62,859 nt of DNA, filler included, from Choristocarpus tenellus KU-1152 (GCA_964200185.2; 8 parts of 8 records of this genome joined end to end with filler, not necessarily neighbours in it), one strand, 5' to 3'. Shown: positions 1 to 12,928, counted from the first letter of the whole stretch. Translations and numbers: made by a program. Notes: a model not told the origin generated them from the letters alone.

Positions 1-96
1 CCCCCCCAGATACTTTGAGCCGATGTAGAGTTCCCGATTTGACGATATAGCCTTGTTTGATACCATGTTCGCATGATTTCTACATGTCGCTCACCA

Positions 97-1075
97 TTTT
101 ATTTAGTGATACCCCCTGACATTTTCCGGATATGTCAGGGAAAAAGCCAATTCAATATCATTAGCACCCCTGAAAAAGTAATATTTGTCGTAAATCTGAA
201 AGATATCTCTCCAAAATCTATTTACTATTTGACTACCAGTATACAACACCACTCCCATAAAAGCTCGTAATTACAATGTGATATGTACACTGCTGCTATG
301 CCTCCAACTCAGCTTAGCCCTACACTACTGGGCAAGGAGATCGGGAAGCACCCCAAGAATGTTGTAAGCCCCTCTTTGCCCATCTTGTGTAGTGACAGAC
401 ACGATCTGTCACAAATGGGATTTGACAGCTCCTTTCCTGCTGTAACCTCCCGCCCCTCTCCCCCCTTCTGCATGTGTAGCCAACTCACCCAGAAACCTTT
501 CTGCTTGCTTACCTAGGCACCCAAAACTTTCCACTGCGAAGGTGTTGGGGCTAAACTATGAGGATTAAAGAACCCTCGTAGTGGGTGAGCCTTCGCGTCT
601 TAGCTGCAGCAGCAAGTACACCATTGCTGGTGGATGAGTAGGGCAGATGGGAGACTGCTTGCACTTCTGCAAACGTAACATCCAGGAGGAGGCCTTTGTC
701 CCGGAGGGAACTGACCCAGTATCCACAGACGGCTCAGCATGGAAGACCACACCCATACGGAAATTCCTATCCACTGCGATTGGACTACCGTCCTGCAAGG
801 GATGCCCATTCCCTTGCAGAGTTGACCTAGACGCTGATCCAGTGGTGTGTGCTGGTGTACCTGTCCCCCTTCCCCAGGGCAGGTACGGCATGTCGGGTGT
901 CAACATTATGCCTCCTGCACCCAGCCACAGGGTACCTGTTGGATAGGCCCCCTCCCTCCCCAGGGATCTGCTGGCAGTGAATCTAAACCATATGGTGGGG
1001 TGTTACAGGCACACTCCAGAAACTAACCCCCACAGGATGGGTAGCTTCAATCCACAGGTTAGCGAAGTCAGCTCA
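97..1075 (-). mobile_element. 5'-truncated, frameshifted non-LTR retrotransposon with zinc knuckle and restriction-like endonuclease (RLE; CRE/R2-group-like), copy 1
   Basis: Minus-strand frames give a knuckle remnant (GCRRHNVDTRHA...GQVHQH), then DRNFRMGVV...DKGLLLDVTFAEVQ...NTFAVESFGCLGKQAERFLGELATHAEGG...SRKGAVKSHL*QIVSVTTQ. Ends in the hairpin CCCTGACAT...ATGTCAGGG (about 113-141) and an A-rich tail shared with the other copies. Confidence 0.8.
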
Positions 1076-4052
1076 GCAGAACAGGGGTACTCTCAATAAA
1101 TCAATCAGCGTAAGAAATGTTTATGATATCAGAATAGAGAGTGCTTTAGGTGGGTCTCTTTAGACCCGAACTGAGCCATTTGGAGCTGTTTTTAGGATCT
1201 CTTATCATCATTTATTGTTGGGCCTTCTTTGGTTTCCAGACATTGGAATGTATCTGAGAACCCTTGCGACCTTTCCATCTGGGAGCCCTTGAGACTTTCC
1301 CGAGCTACAGATTTTATTCTGCAACTTATTAGCAAATCGGAGTTCCCCCTTTTGGGGTTCCCCATGCGCGTACACTGCTTGCGCCGGTTAAAGTGCAGGA
1401 AGAAATACTCGCACTACTTGCCTGTAACAGGGGATCTGGCGTGCTGGTTCCAGGAGTTGTGTGGAAGCGCATGGATTTGGCCCTTGTCCACACTGGCTCC
1501 GGTGGCGGGCCTGGGCTAGCAAAGAACTTCCCCTGCCTTATTCTGCATCATCTCATAGGTTGGCCAATTGCATCCGGAAAGAATCGAACTGGATCCTGCT
1601 CAGGAGGCGGGTGATTTCATTTTGTACTGCTAGAGTGTGAACCTCTGGGGCAGGTGTAGGGGTTGTTGTGCCCCCCCAAGCTACCTAGCCTTGGCCAATA
1701 ATTTTATTAACATGTAAATAATAGATTATTCGTTTAGAGAGGATATTGTGTATCGCTGATCTGTCCCTACCTCATCTTGATATACAGATCTTACCTTGTG
1801 ATTTAACAGGAAAGGATAATCGTGTCCAAATCGTACCTTGTGATATAGTAGGAAACGACAATTGTGTGTAAGTCTTGTATATGGTTGAAGTTTAGTCGTA
1901 GAAAAAAGTGATGTTTCAACTACTGCAATTACATACAATAGTCCGTACTTGGTTCCATTGTTCTATGATACACCAACAGCTACAAATACGAATGAACCAT
2001 AAACACCAAATACTCTAAGAAATCACCCCCATGTCTGAACTGGCACATTTTGGAAGCCCGATTAGGGTCTTAAGCGATACGATGTCTAGAGTTTGTGATG
2101 TTGGGGTACCCTGAACTTGTTTATGTCGAAGGCTTGTATGAGTACATTGTTCCGTATGTTGGTGGTCAGTGGTCACATCTCACGTATCTGTATCACCCCT
2201 CCAGTGCTAGAAACGTGTACAACTATCTGCCCATACCACCATACCAATCATCCTGTGCCAAACGTTGTTTCCTTATATTTTTCTTATCACTCCCCCATCT
2301 ACGAAAGCGTTGTACCACTCTCCTATGTGCGAAAGATGTACAGGCGGTTCCGTCGTACAAATACATTGATTTGAATCCCTCCAAAATGATTTGTTCTTGT
2401 GTGAGGACAAGTCGTACCGATGCCTCTCAGAAATGTGAATGGATTCAAGTCATTGAGATTTAGAAATGAAAGAATTACTCCTAAATCCTTGATTTGTGAC
2501 GATGTGCCCCAACGTGCAGAACTCAGATTGATGACGGGAACGATCATTGATTTTTGAGAAATTGGTTTGCACACTGGAAATGGGATTTCATTTGTCCGAC
2601 ATGTGGATTGTTTTTCAGCGCAATAAAGTTTGTCTCCATCAACATCACCACCAAGAGATAACGAAACTACTTACAGCCTACCTTCTCCTGAAAAATGAAA
2701 TGAATGAGATTAGAGTCGCATTAACGGTCTATGTGGGAGCATGGGGATAAGGACTTCCCTTCATCGAACCTTCCAACACATAGACTCTAATCAACCCAAC
2801 CAGCCAATGATAATGAATATGGTCTACGCTTCACATATTAAATGCTGTGTTCCTTTTGTATCTCAAATAAGATGTGGCAAATCTCCCCCTTTCTTTCTCC
2901 CCTGGTGTCACTTACAAATAACATCCTTTCTTTGGCGTGCTTGGTCCTTGCACCTAACTTTGCGATCATCCCTCACATACCGCATACAGATTTCCAACTG
3001 TCTAAGGAAGAATTACACGTTACGATAATCCTCTTGACTACTCCTGTGCGTCACTTACAACAACCACAATGGGGTGCCACAGTTTTCTTATATCCAAAAA
3101 GCTTTGCCTGGGTAGCAAGAAAGGACTGTGCTGCAGGGTGAAGGAAAGAGGAAATTCTGCCAGTTAGTAGCACTGCACACCAACACCATCAGGAGGAAGG
3201 AGCAGGAGGTGTGTGTGTATCTTGGTAAAGTCAGGGGAGCTGTGTGGTGGGGAAAGGAGAAGATGTCATACAAGCTAGCAGGTACAGTGCCCCAGCAATA
3301 ACCGAAGAAAGGGGCATTAAGGTGCTGAACGTTTTTGGCTAGGAGGGTGGGCTATACTAGGGAGACTGCACCTGGTTGAGCTAAAGGAGAAAACCTACCC
3401 AAACGAAATATTTATCGTGGGGTTTGCATTTTGCATTTTCTCAAATGTAAGGTATTTTTGTTCTTCTTTCTCCAACAATTTTTTTTCCATGGATCTGGGA
3501 AACCTCAGACTAACATGAAGAATAATACCTTTTGTCTAATTTCTGTACACATTCCATTATGTTTTGGTCGTTTGACCTTAAAATGACAGATCATAATTGA
3601 TGTGCTCCTCAAGTAGTAGTGATGGGGGAAGACCTAGCCTGTACCACAGAATGAAGGACAAAAGCAAGTCCGCTTGGCTGTAGCTATGTCCTCACACACC
3701 TCTGCCCCCCACAACTTTCCCAGTACCAGGGCATGAAATGCCTGCCTGAAATCTCATTCCGGTGTGGAGTTCAAGATCCCCTCACCGGTAAGGTCTAAGA
3801 TAAAAAATACTAGACTTCCTTCAGAGGCATACAACCCTTCTAAATGCACATCTCTTGGACACTGGACACATGACAAATGTGTTTGCGCCGAACAATTATT
3901 CCCACATTGCTAATAACACTACACACTGGCCATAGGCCATGCCAACATTCATGCTGATTGATCAACAACATAAGGCTCATCACAGTACTGCATTCTTGGA
4001 CCAAGGTTGGATTTCGGTCACCTCTGTCCATCAGACAGCAACATTTTTAATG

Positions 4053-7000
4053 CTAAACTTGAATTATCCTCAGTGGCGCTGAGAACCCCAGTATTTGCAT
4101 GACTTTGTCAGCCTGAGGGTCAACTCCCTGGTACCGCAGGGTGGCAGACCGTAGGTCTTCAATCTCTTCAAGGGGAACCTGCAACAAGCAGGATCGTGAG
4201 TGGGTGTGTGGGGGTCGGGTCGGAATAGAATCCAATATAGTAAGAGCGATCAGCATCATATTCCTGGTAGCGACAGTTACAACAACAGTATAGAGTACAA
4301 CAGCGTTACAACAGTAGTGCAAACTTACCCAGAACACTGCTAGAGAAGGACTACAGAATGACACACCTCCCAGAGCCCAACATGCAGTTCCCATCACAGA
4401 CAATACATATTCAAGAGCGGACTTTAAATACTTACAAGGCGGTGGTTAGTACGACAGAATGAAGCCAGTAACATGTTCAGGAACTCGTGTGGTACCCATC
4501 ACACAGTAAACAGAAAAAAATAAATGTATGGACATCTCTCCTAGATCTAGGTTGAGTGACCTAGGATGTATGGCAGATATATTGCAGTTGTCAGAGCAAG
4601 GGCCTGCCATAACGACCTGTCAACCCCTCACCTTTCTAGAGGTGTTCATAAATCTTCGATGTTTACAAACAACAATAAGGTGATACCAGTAAAGGAAACA
4701 AGGATCATTCTTTAAAAATTGGTTGGATTAAAAACATGTACTATGACACAAGTAGTAATAACAGAGGGAACCAAATTGGAAAGTCGAGATAAATAAATAA
4801 TAGCCGAAGGAAACACAATGAACAGAAAAATAGCTGCCTAGGCACATCACGCCCAGTCAATTCGAACAGTTCCCCTTGCATTATCCCTCACCCGTCTAAA
4901 TGTCAGAGTCGAGGCAATGCATCTAGAAAAAGGACCAGGAAACCGGGCAGAATATACTGGAATCAGTATAATAGCTCTGACCCTAGCCCTAGAGCCCTAA
5001 CAATGCACTAACAGAATGTGTTCGTCCTGCAACACCCCCTACCCAATACCCTCAGCACCATCTCTTGACCCTGACCTCATCATCCAGGGTGGCCAGGTCC
5101 TTGAACAGCATCGCATCTCTCCTTGTCTCAGGGAGACTGTTATCGGGGGCAAGCCCGGCAACGCAGAAAGAAAAAACGGCGCCCAATTAGAAGAGAGCAA
5201 AGAGGGGAGCCAACAAATGAGTACCCTTGAAACCAAAAACTGAAAAAGTTGAATCTTCGATTCAGACAGCTTTCAAAGTACTAGGTAAAAAACAAAAATG
5301 ACCGTGGGCAGAGCACATTTGTGAAGAAAATACAAAAATGCCCAGAACCAAAGCCTTTTCCATTTCAAGGTTGACTGTAGTATTCTCTGATTGATTAAGT
5401 AGCTCCAGCTGGATTGCTATGATTCATAGAACTGAAACAAAAGCTGTAACGTATTGTAGCCAAGGCTCTGCAACTCTGCAAGAATGGAAGATGATCAAAA
5501 TCAGGCTTCATTGAAAATACGTCAATAAGGACATGCACAAACAACCCCTAGATGGATTAAAACAGCCAAACAGAATTTTCGTTGATCGTTCTCTACCAAA
5601 CCAAACTAATGTTTTGATTCTGTGCTCAGAAATAATTGGATGTAACTATTCCATCGAGGTCTGATTACCTACCTCTGCCCCACTGTGTACCCCACGTATC
5701 GAATACCTTTGCAATGCAATCAAAAATTACCACCCTAATCCCAACCTGTATTGTTTAGTGAGAAAAGACCCCAAGAATGTAAAATTTTCTGATCCAAAGC
5801 AGGGACAAGTTGATCGTATTGGCACCATCACCATAAAAACACATCATTGGAAGCGAGATCTGCAACAGCCACAAAAAAACGGAGACTCAGACATTCATTT
5901 TGAAAAGATCAGGATGCAATGAAGGCCTCAGAAGAGAAAGAAGATATGGTCTCATTCCCAATGCTAGCCACGTGGTGTTGTGCATCTGATGGCAGTTACA
6001 ACTAAAAACATACAAGCTTCACCTGTACACTTTCTACACATGGTAACAAGTGACAGTTACAACATTCATATTTACTTTTGTATGCCCTAGAGACAAATAT
6101 ATACATACATGTAGTCAAGCGCAGTTTGGGTAAGAGTTAGTGTTAGGGACAGAATATGGTAATCAAACATGGTGTATCAATGTAATTTGGAGTCTATTGA
6201 TACTGAGGTGTTATTCTTCGGGGTTAGGGTTAGGGCTAACCCTAACTAATATGACTAAAACAAAAAGCAATGATCTATGTTGCACTACTACTCTATTGCA
6301 GAGGTATTCAATATTATTATTACTATTATAATCAAAATAATAATATATAAAAAGATTAAGTTCACCTAAGTCGTTCCTTGATGGCTTTACTCCCTGGAAA
6401 TTCCACCAGGGACATTTCCCCCACCCCCTCAAACAAGCCCTCCAAGGTTTGGAACTTGTTGAGGAGGCGTGCTGCAATCTTGGGACCGATGCCTTTCACA
6501 CCTTGGAAGGCATGGTCAGGGTTATGGTGTGCCTGTATATTGTACCAGTACTAACAGAGGAGCAGTAACCCTAACCCCACCCACAAGTCTTGTAAATATA
6601 GAGACAAACCTACTTTAAAGTATACTCAGCAGTGTCAGCCAATAGGATGTAATTGAGAACGTAACTGAAAATTACTAACCCTCCTATTTCTCTCCAGGAT
6701 CACTCAACACACAACTCTGTAGGCTTGGGTTTTCACATCTTTTGACTGGCGTTGATCTTTACCACTACTACGCTAGAAAAAAAGAAAATATACAAAAAAA
6801 CAAAAAAGATGTTGAGGGATTTTGGAAGAGCCCCACTCCCCCCCCCCAAAAAAAAAAGAAGAAACGAACAGTTTTTTTCTTGCCCCTGCCATGCGTTTAA
6901 TAGTGTAACTGAGATTAATTTAACAGAATATAAATTTGCAAGTGCTCTTGGTAAGTTTTCGTCAAATGATAAATATATTGAATCTAAAACACAGTATAAT

Positions 7001-8262
7001 TCAGACAAAAAGACGGAATGGGATTCGCTTAATTCTGAAGAAATTAAGGAGAGGCGAACTTCAGAAAAAGGTTATATTGAAAGTAGAAAAAGAGAAGCTT
7101 TTAGCACTATAATTAGTTGTATGACATGGCTTTTTGGTAGTTTTTTTCTTGCCCCTGCCATGGCAAGGAGTTGCTGGTAACCTGCCAAGGCATGTACATG
7201 TTTTGGTACACACTTTCAAGTACATGTACTGCAGCAGGGTCTTTGCACTGTGTGACTTTGGTTCTCTCTTCATACTTGTTGTAAATACTTGAGAGGAAGA
7301 CACATTTTCATCTCACGCAAGCGATGATATGTAGCACTCACCCCTAACCCTAACCCTAATCCTCAAGTTTAGCCCTCCTCATCAAGCAAGGGTTTAATAA
7401 AAATATGGCAGGGACCTCTTATCAGGTGGGCTGTAGACTAGTTCAGAGACATACCGCTCTCTGCAGACAATAGACTCAGAGATTGGCACTCAATCAATGG
7501 AGTGGGAGGATGACACACTCCTTAACCACAAATTGTACAGGCAATTCCACACATATCATAATCAGTTTTTTTTCTTAGTCATACCATACTGGCGACTAAC
7601 CCTAACCCTATCTAAAAAACTCTGTCAGCGATCAATTTTGACACCTTTCATGACAATTGCAGGTCAGGAGCCATCAATTTGTAGCTCCTTTAAGAAAATA
7701 AAAAAAAGCACGACCAGTTTTCAACACATCAGAACACAAAGACCTTACAATAATAATAATAATGATAATAGTAACAATAATAATAATAATTCATTTCGAT
7801 TGGTCAGTCGCCGAGGACTAGTTGGATAACTCGGAGAGTGATAAAAAAAAAAAAAAATCTGGTTGACAGCACCGGAAAAAAACGCCTCCAGGCAAAACAA
7901 TAATTGCACTCTCCACACAGTCTACAGAAAGCGATCCATCTGTGAAACACTCCCCTTCACCTCTCATCACTTCTCATCACTTCTCATCCTACCCACCACG
8001 AAGAGCATCCTCCTACAAGAAAACTTACAAAAATGAGAAAAATTACAAAACTTAGAAAACTTGGATGCCAACAATTACCTCGCCCTCGCAACCGACCTAG
8101 TACTTGGGGAGGCGATGCTTGCTCACCTATCTGTGGCAATGCTATTGGTCATTGCCCGTTCCTCACCTGGTATGTTGTCAACAGTATCTCCGGCAAGACC
8201 CACCAAGTCCGGCAGCCGACTTGGCTCCACCCCAAATTTGTCGTGCACCTCAAGGTCCCCTA
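4053..8262 (-). CDS. Stand-alone 5'-3' exonuclease (DNA Pol I 5'-nuclease/FEN-like, H3TH motif), 3' exons; 5' exons not located
   Basis: Exons 8262-8167 (VGDLEVHDKFGVEPSRLPDLVGLAGDTVDNIP), 6501-6425 (GVKGIGPKIAARLLNKFQTLEGLFE), 5136-5076 (LPETRRDAMLFKDLATLDDE) and 4178-4053 (VPLEEIEDL...QILGFSAPLRIIQV*), with AG/GT borders. GDxxDNIPGVxGIGxKxA is the canonical H3TH signature. The phase mismatch between exons 2 and 3 implies one more small exon. Confidence 0.85.
6870..7162 (+). other. 245-bp AT-rich stop-free insert (6894-7138) flanked by perfect 24-bp direct repeats, inside an intron
   Basis: AGTTTTTTTCTTGCCCCTGCCATG at 6870-6893 and 7139-7162. The insert is about 30% GC by hand count and reads FNSVTEINLTEYKF...SSNDKYIE...SEEIKERR...IISCMTWLFGS. 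Confidence 0.8.
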
Positions 8263-10297
8263 CTAGAGTGTAACCGGTACTTGACAACGCAAGCAATTCA
8301 AAAATTCAAAAGTTCAAAAACAACAATGCACAGTAACTCTAGAGGTGCGAAACAAATAACATACTGCACCAAAAATGAAAGCAGGTAATGTGATTCTTTA
8401 CTGTTACTACTTTCTTCTTGTACTCTATCATCATCATCATTATTATTAATGTTATCATTTATGTACTAATAAAAACCCGAGCGGAGCGTTTTAAAATCAC
8501 ACAAGGGTTAGGGTTAGGGTTAGGTTAGGGTTAGGTTTTTTATGTGTGCGTCTCAGACGCACGAAAAAAAAGTCCTCCCCCCTTCCCTCCAATAAAGAAA
8601 AAAGAATCATTGTTTTTGTTCTCTGGATAGTGCCGCTGTCATCGTTATCTAACCCTAACCCTAACCCTAACCGCATGAAATCACCGCACCGTCTCTACAA
8701 AAACTACCAATCAGAAAACATTCTGGAAAAAAAATGAAAAAAGGTACACAGCATATACATAATATGTATATATATATATATATATATGTAATTTTTTAAA
8801 TCTCTTCAAAATGAGCATGTTTAGTGTAGAACCAGTTTTCACAGGCATTTCTCACTTTCCACTGAGTTTTATTTTACCAACTACTTGGAGGAGCAAAGGT
8901 GATGTGCACAAGCACTGAATGGTACAACCAATAGATTAATTCCATCCACATACCACCAATAGATAGATATATAAATATATATTGCTAAGTTGTACCATGC
9001 ATGTGTTACAACAGGCTTGACCTTCACTAAAAAAAAAAACTTGTTTTAAATTTTAAAAAGGCATCAAATAACTGCAGACGTATGAGATAGGAGGAAAGGA
9101 GGGCAGCATGGCAACAGTTGCAACTATCCTCCTCTTGGTGCATCTAAAAATCAAAATAAAATATATTGTACTACTCTTACTATTAAAATCACTGAAGATT
9201 TCTTTTTCTGCCTTTACACATATTTTCTTAGTATTATTACTGTAATAAGCATTATTTTTGTTAGTGTGTACAATGCTGTCACCAGAGAAAGAAAACTCAA
9301 GTAATGCCCACCACACACCCATAAAAGCAAACATTGACAACTTTCTCCTCACAGCATGGATCAAACCCAAGTTTGTCCACCCATAGAGCTTTTCAGTCAT
9401 GGTTCAAATAGCACCTCTTTTGGGGAAACCCCCCTGACTAGCTCCAGAACTAGCTCCAGAACGTTCCTGTTTTCGGTGTGTGTAGTGATTGGACACTGGG
9501 ACAATAACCTCTAATGGCATGATTAAGCTGATGTACACACACATACATATTCATATTCATATTCACAGTTTGAATGGTTTCTGATGTAGTCACATCGTAC
9601 TGTTGACCAAGCTACACCCCCCATTTCTTAAAAGCACAATTCTAACCCTAAAAAACAAACAAACACCTCCAGTGATAGTTTAGAACCTATCTTTTTTTTA
9701 TTCATCGTGTACATGTTAAAGAAAAAAGAAACTGCAAATACAATACCTAGAAATTTATTATTCTTGGAGGTGATCTTCACTATTATTTTAATGACTCTCT
9801 GTGCAGTAACAGTTACACAAACCAAAAAAAAAATCACAACTCACACATACTACTTACCGTTCCCTAATCTTAAAAAAAAAGAATATTGGAAAGGTTACGG
9901 CAATAGTGTCCATATCTCTCTCGGTCCCCATCCTTATCTATCAAAACAAAATTTTCAATCCTCACCAAAGAATAGCTCTAGCCCTAACCCTAACCCCAAC
10001 CCAACCATCAAGAGTACAACTAGATCCCCCCCAATAAAGCCCCTAACCCTAACCCTATCAATAAAATAAAAATGAAATAAACCTTCACAAATAGTTCTAC
10101 ATTGAGTACACATGCTACACAAGACGTCTTACCCTAACCCTAACCCTTGTTCACACCTCTTCACGAGTTTCCCTTTTTTTCTTACCCCTCACCTGTCCAG
10201 GATACTACTCACCTGAAATTAAACTGTACCTCTTGAGATACGGCGATTTTTGAATATTACTTGGTTTTCTCCTGACACGTCAACAAAATATCAGAAA

Positions 10298-10516
10298 AAT
10301 AATTAAATACAATGATTACAGAACCATTCCACACATCTTGGAAAATGAAAATAATTAAATACAACAATTACAGAACCATTCAACACTTCTTGGAAAATGA
10401 AAATAGTTAAATACAACTATTACAGAACCATTCCACACGTGTTGGAAAATGAAAATAGTTAAATACAACTATTACAGAACCATTCCACACGTATTGGAAA
10501 ATGAAAATAATTAAAT
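10298..10516. repeat. 52-bp minisatellite, about 4.2 copies
   Basis: Unit AATAATTAAATACAACTATTACAGAACCATTCCACACNTNTTGGAAAATGAA; GAACCATT recurs at 10321 and 10373 and onward, with no spacers. Confidence 0.9.
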
Positions 10517-11294
10517 GCAGCAGTACCTCTGGGATTGTCCCGTCATAACTTTTGATGTAGACATCGGATTAAAAAAATAAAAGCATATTCGTGATGCCCG
10601 ACACAAGGCCCTCCACATGACGGGCTTGGATTTTTTTGCCATTTTTTTCATTTTTTGAAGAAAGAGCATTCATATTGGGGTTCGAACCCTGGATTGTAGG
10701 TCACCAAGAGCGGCAACAGATGCACAATTACTTGATTAAACTATAGGGTTTAGGTGGGAAAAAAGACTCCCCACACTTTCTCCCTGTGTGTTCGAGCACC
10801 CACTCTTTGACCTCGGCAAGGATGTCCTCATCAACGCCCAGGATGAAACACCTCTCATAGCGCCCTTGCTCCAACACCTTGATGTGGCCCTTAGTTTGGA
10901 AGTCTCTCTCCATCTCAAGCGCTGTTTGACAGTCTTTACCATTTTGTTCATACACAGGTACAGGATTCGCAGTGTTAGACCCTAAACTATGACATTTCCT
11001 TGTTGAGCACAGTCAGTGCCGGAAATGGGCGATGTACGTGATATTTATTTATTTTTCACAAAGGCGCAAGCAAGGGCCAGGGGGAGGACAGGCTTGAGTT
11101 GATCAAAAACCGTGTTGATTTCTCGAATGACTGCAGGCTGGGAGAAGAGAAAGCCTTAATAAACAACCTTACACTTCCAACCCCAAGTCCAGGAACAAAA
11201 GTGAATGTACGGCAACTTGCAAGAAGTGGGACACACGACAAGAAGTGGGACACACCAAGTCACAGGTGTGCAAATAATCTCAATCTCCTCACCT

Positions 11295-11390
11295 CCTTAG
11301 TAGTCTTCTTCCCTTCGTAGTCTTCTTCCCTTAGTAGTCTTCTTCCCTAAGTAGTATTCTTCCCTTCGTAGTCTTCTTTCCTAAGTAGTC
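11295..11390. repeat. 17-bp tandem repeat, about 5.5 copies
   Basis: (CCTWMGTAGTCTTCTTC)n. Confidence 0.85.
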
Positions 11391-12045
11391 AATCTAGTCA
11401 ATCTCACCTCCTCTTCTTCCCAAAGCGTCATTGTCAATGGCTACCTCCGCCTCCTTCATGACCTCTTCGAAGTAAAGGATTTGGTGGCATCAAAAAGTCT
11501 CCACAGCTGCCTTTATTAAAAAGTCATTACCATTTTCATTACCATAGTGTTCTCATCCGCCTCGTGATCCTTTTCGACCCTCTTTCGGGATTCAGAGCCC
11601 TTGTACCCTAACCCTAACCCTAACACCTTCTTTCTCGTTTCCTTAAGCCACTCCGGCTCTAGCAGTTTCCAAACAGTTTCCAAAGGGTTAGGGCCTGCTG
11701 CAACTGTCGACTACTGAGATACTATACACCCCGGGGTTTCCGCTTAGGCGTTTCCTGAGCGCAATGGCACGCAGACGCACTGGCTCTCTTCCACAACCTT
11801 CCGTTCGGGCGGCCACTCTGGTTCTCCCTTTGCCCACCGTGACCAGGCTTCCCAACAGATTTCGTCACTGTACCACACCTGCTGATGGACTAGTCAGTCG
11901 CTCTCTTCCTGTTTTCCCGAGCTGGCAGTTTTTGCAGGGCAATTCTCCGACGTGGTTGAAGATCCAATCACGTTTTTGGGGTAGTAACGCCTTCAGTACA
12001 TCTTTCAGCGGCAACGTCACAACCACGTGGTCCATTTCGCGATTG

Positions 12046-12593
12046 GATTATACTCAATTCGATTATATACTCGATTCGATTATACTCAATTCGATTATAC
12101 TCGATTCAATTATACTCAATTCGATTATATACTCGATTCAATTATACTCAATTCGATTATACTCAATTCAATTATACTCAATTCGATTATATACTCAATT
12201 CCATTATATACTCAATTCGATTATACTCGATTCGATTATACTCAATTCGATTATACTCGATTCAATTATACTCAATTCGATTATATACTCGATTCAATTA
12301 TACTCAATTCGATTATACTCAATTCAATTATACTCAATTCAATTATATACTCAATTCCATTATATACTCAATTCAATTATACTCGATTCGATTATACTCA
12401 ATTCGATTATATACTCAATTCGATTATACTCGATTCAATTATATACTCAATTCGATTATATACTCGATTCGATTTTATACTCAATTCGATTATACTCAAT
12501 TTGATTATACTCAATTCGATTATATACTCGATTCAATTATATACTCGATTCGATTATACTCGATTCAATTATATACTCGATTCGATTATACTC
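12046..12593. repeat. 15/17-bp variant minisatellite CTC[A/G]ATTC[G/A/C]ATTATA(TA), about 35 units, with a 156-bp higher-order repeat
   Basis: Units parsed by eye. The rare CCATTATATA variant lies at 12201 and 12357, 156 bp apart. Confidence 0.95.
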
Positions 12594-12928
12594 CTGTGCC
12601 ACACTATTCACACTTTCTCGTCACCTAACATAACACTGAGTGTCACACGGTACTTGCTTTTCCGTCCCCTCTCAGACAGAGAGGCTGCCAAGGGTAGATC
12701 CATGGGGAAGAGTGGCATCAATGGGTCTCCTTGTCGCACCGTCGCGGTTGATCTTGGTGTGTAACTCATGTGCATGTGTGTGCTCACAGAAAGTCTGCAA
12801 AAGGCGTTAAGAAGATGTCCCGATATAAAAATGTCTGGAAATCTAGGGGGGGGGGGGGGGGGGGGGGGGGTTTGTTTTTTTTTTTTCTGAGGGGAGCGGG
12901 CCCCGGCCGACCCCCCGGCCACCCCCAA

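Larger units (their letters stand above)
6221..11624. repeat. Cluster of short interstitial telomeric (TTAGGG/CCCTAA)2-5 seeds
   Basis: Arrays at about 6221-6246, 6567-6578, 7342-7361, 7596-7609, 8505-8535, 8649-8672, 9982-10002, 10040-10056, 10131-10146 and 11606-11624, in both orientations. Confidence 0.9.
10525..12845 (-). mobile_element. Decayed DNA-transposon-like region with an N-terminal DDE-transposase-like fragment (10728-10955); boundaries approximate
   Basis: ERDFQTKGHIKVLEQGRYERCFILGVDEDILAEVKEWVLEH resembles the segment preceding the catalytic core in some IS630/Tc1-related transposases (recalled, not searched). ATAACTTTTGATGTAGACATCGGATT is a subterminal-type motif. No TIR pair or catalytic residues seen. 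Confidence 0.35.

Noticed and set aside
2100-2660. Possible transposase remnant on the minus strand (HIGEWY...VVWAD)
   Set aside because: Too short and stop-ridden to assign.
10298-10516. CRISPR-like array
   Set aside because: Contiguous 52-bp units with no unique spacers, no cas genes, eukaryotic context.
10676-10692. GGTTCGAACCC B-box (also about 25402 and 46786), possible tRNA or SINE
   Set aside because: No cloverleaf or properly spaced A-box could be built.
11764-12764. Two ORFs of about 245 aa with ILNSI/YSIQL repeats
   Set aside because: They are translations of the minisatellite, whose plus strand lacks stop codons; 17-bp units shift the frame.
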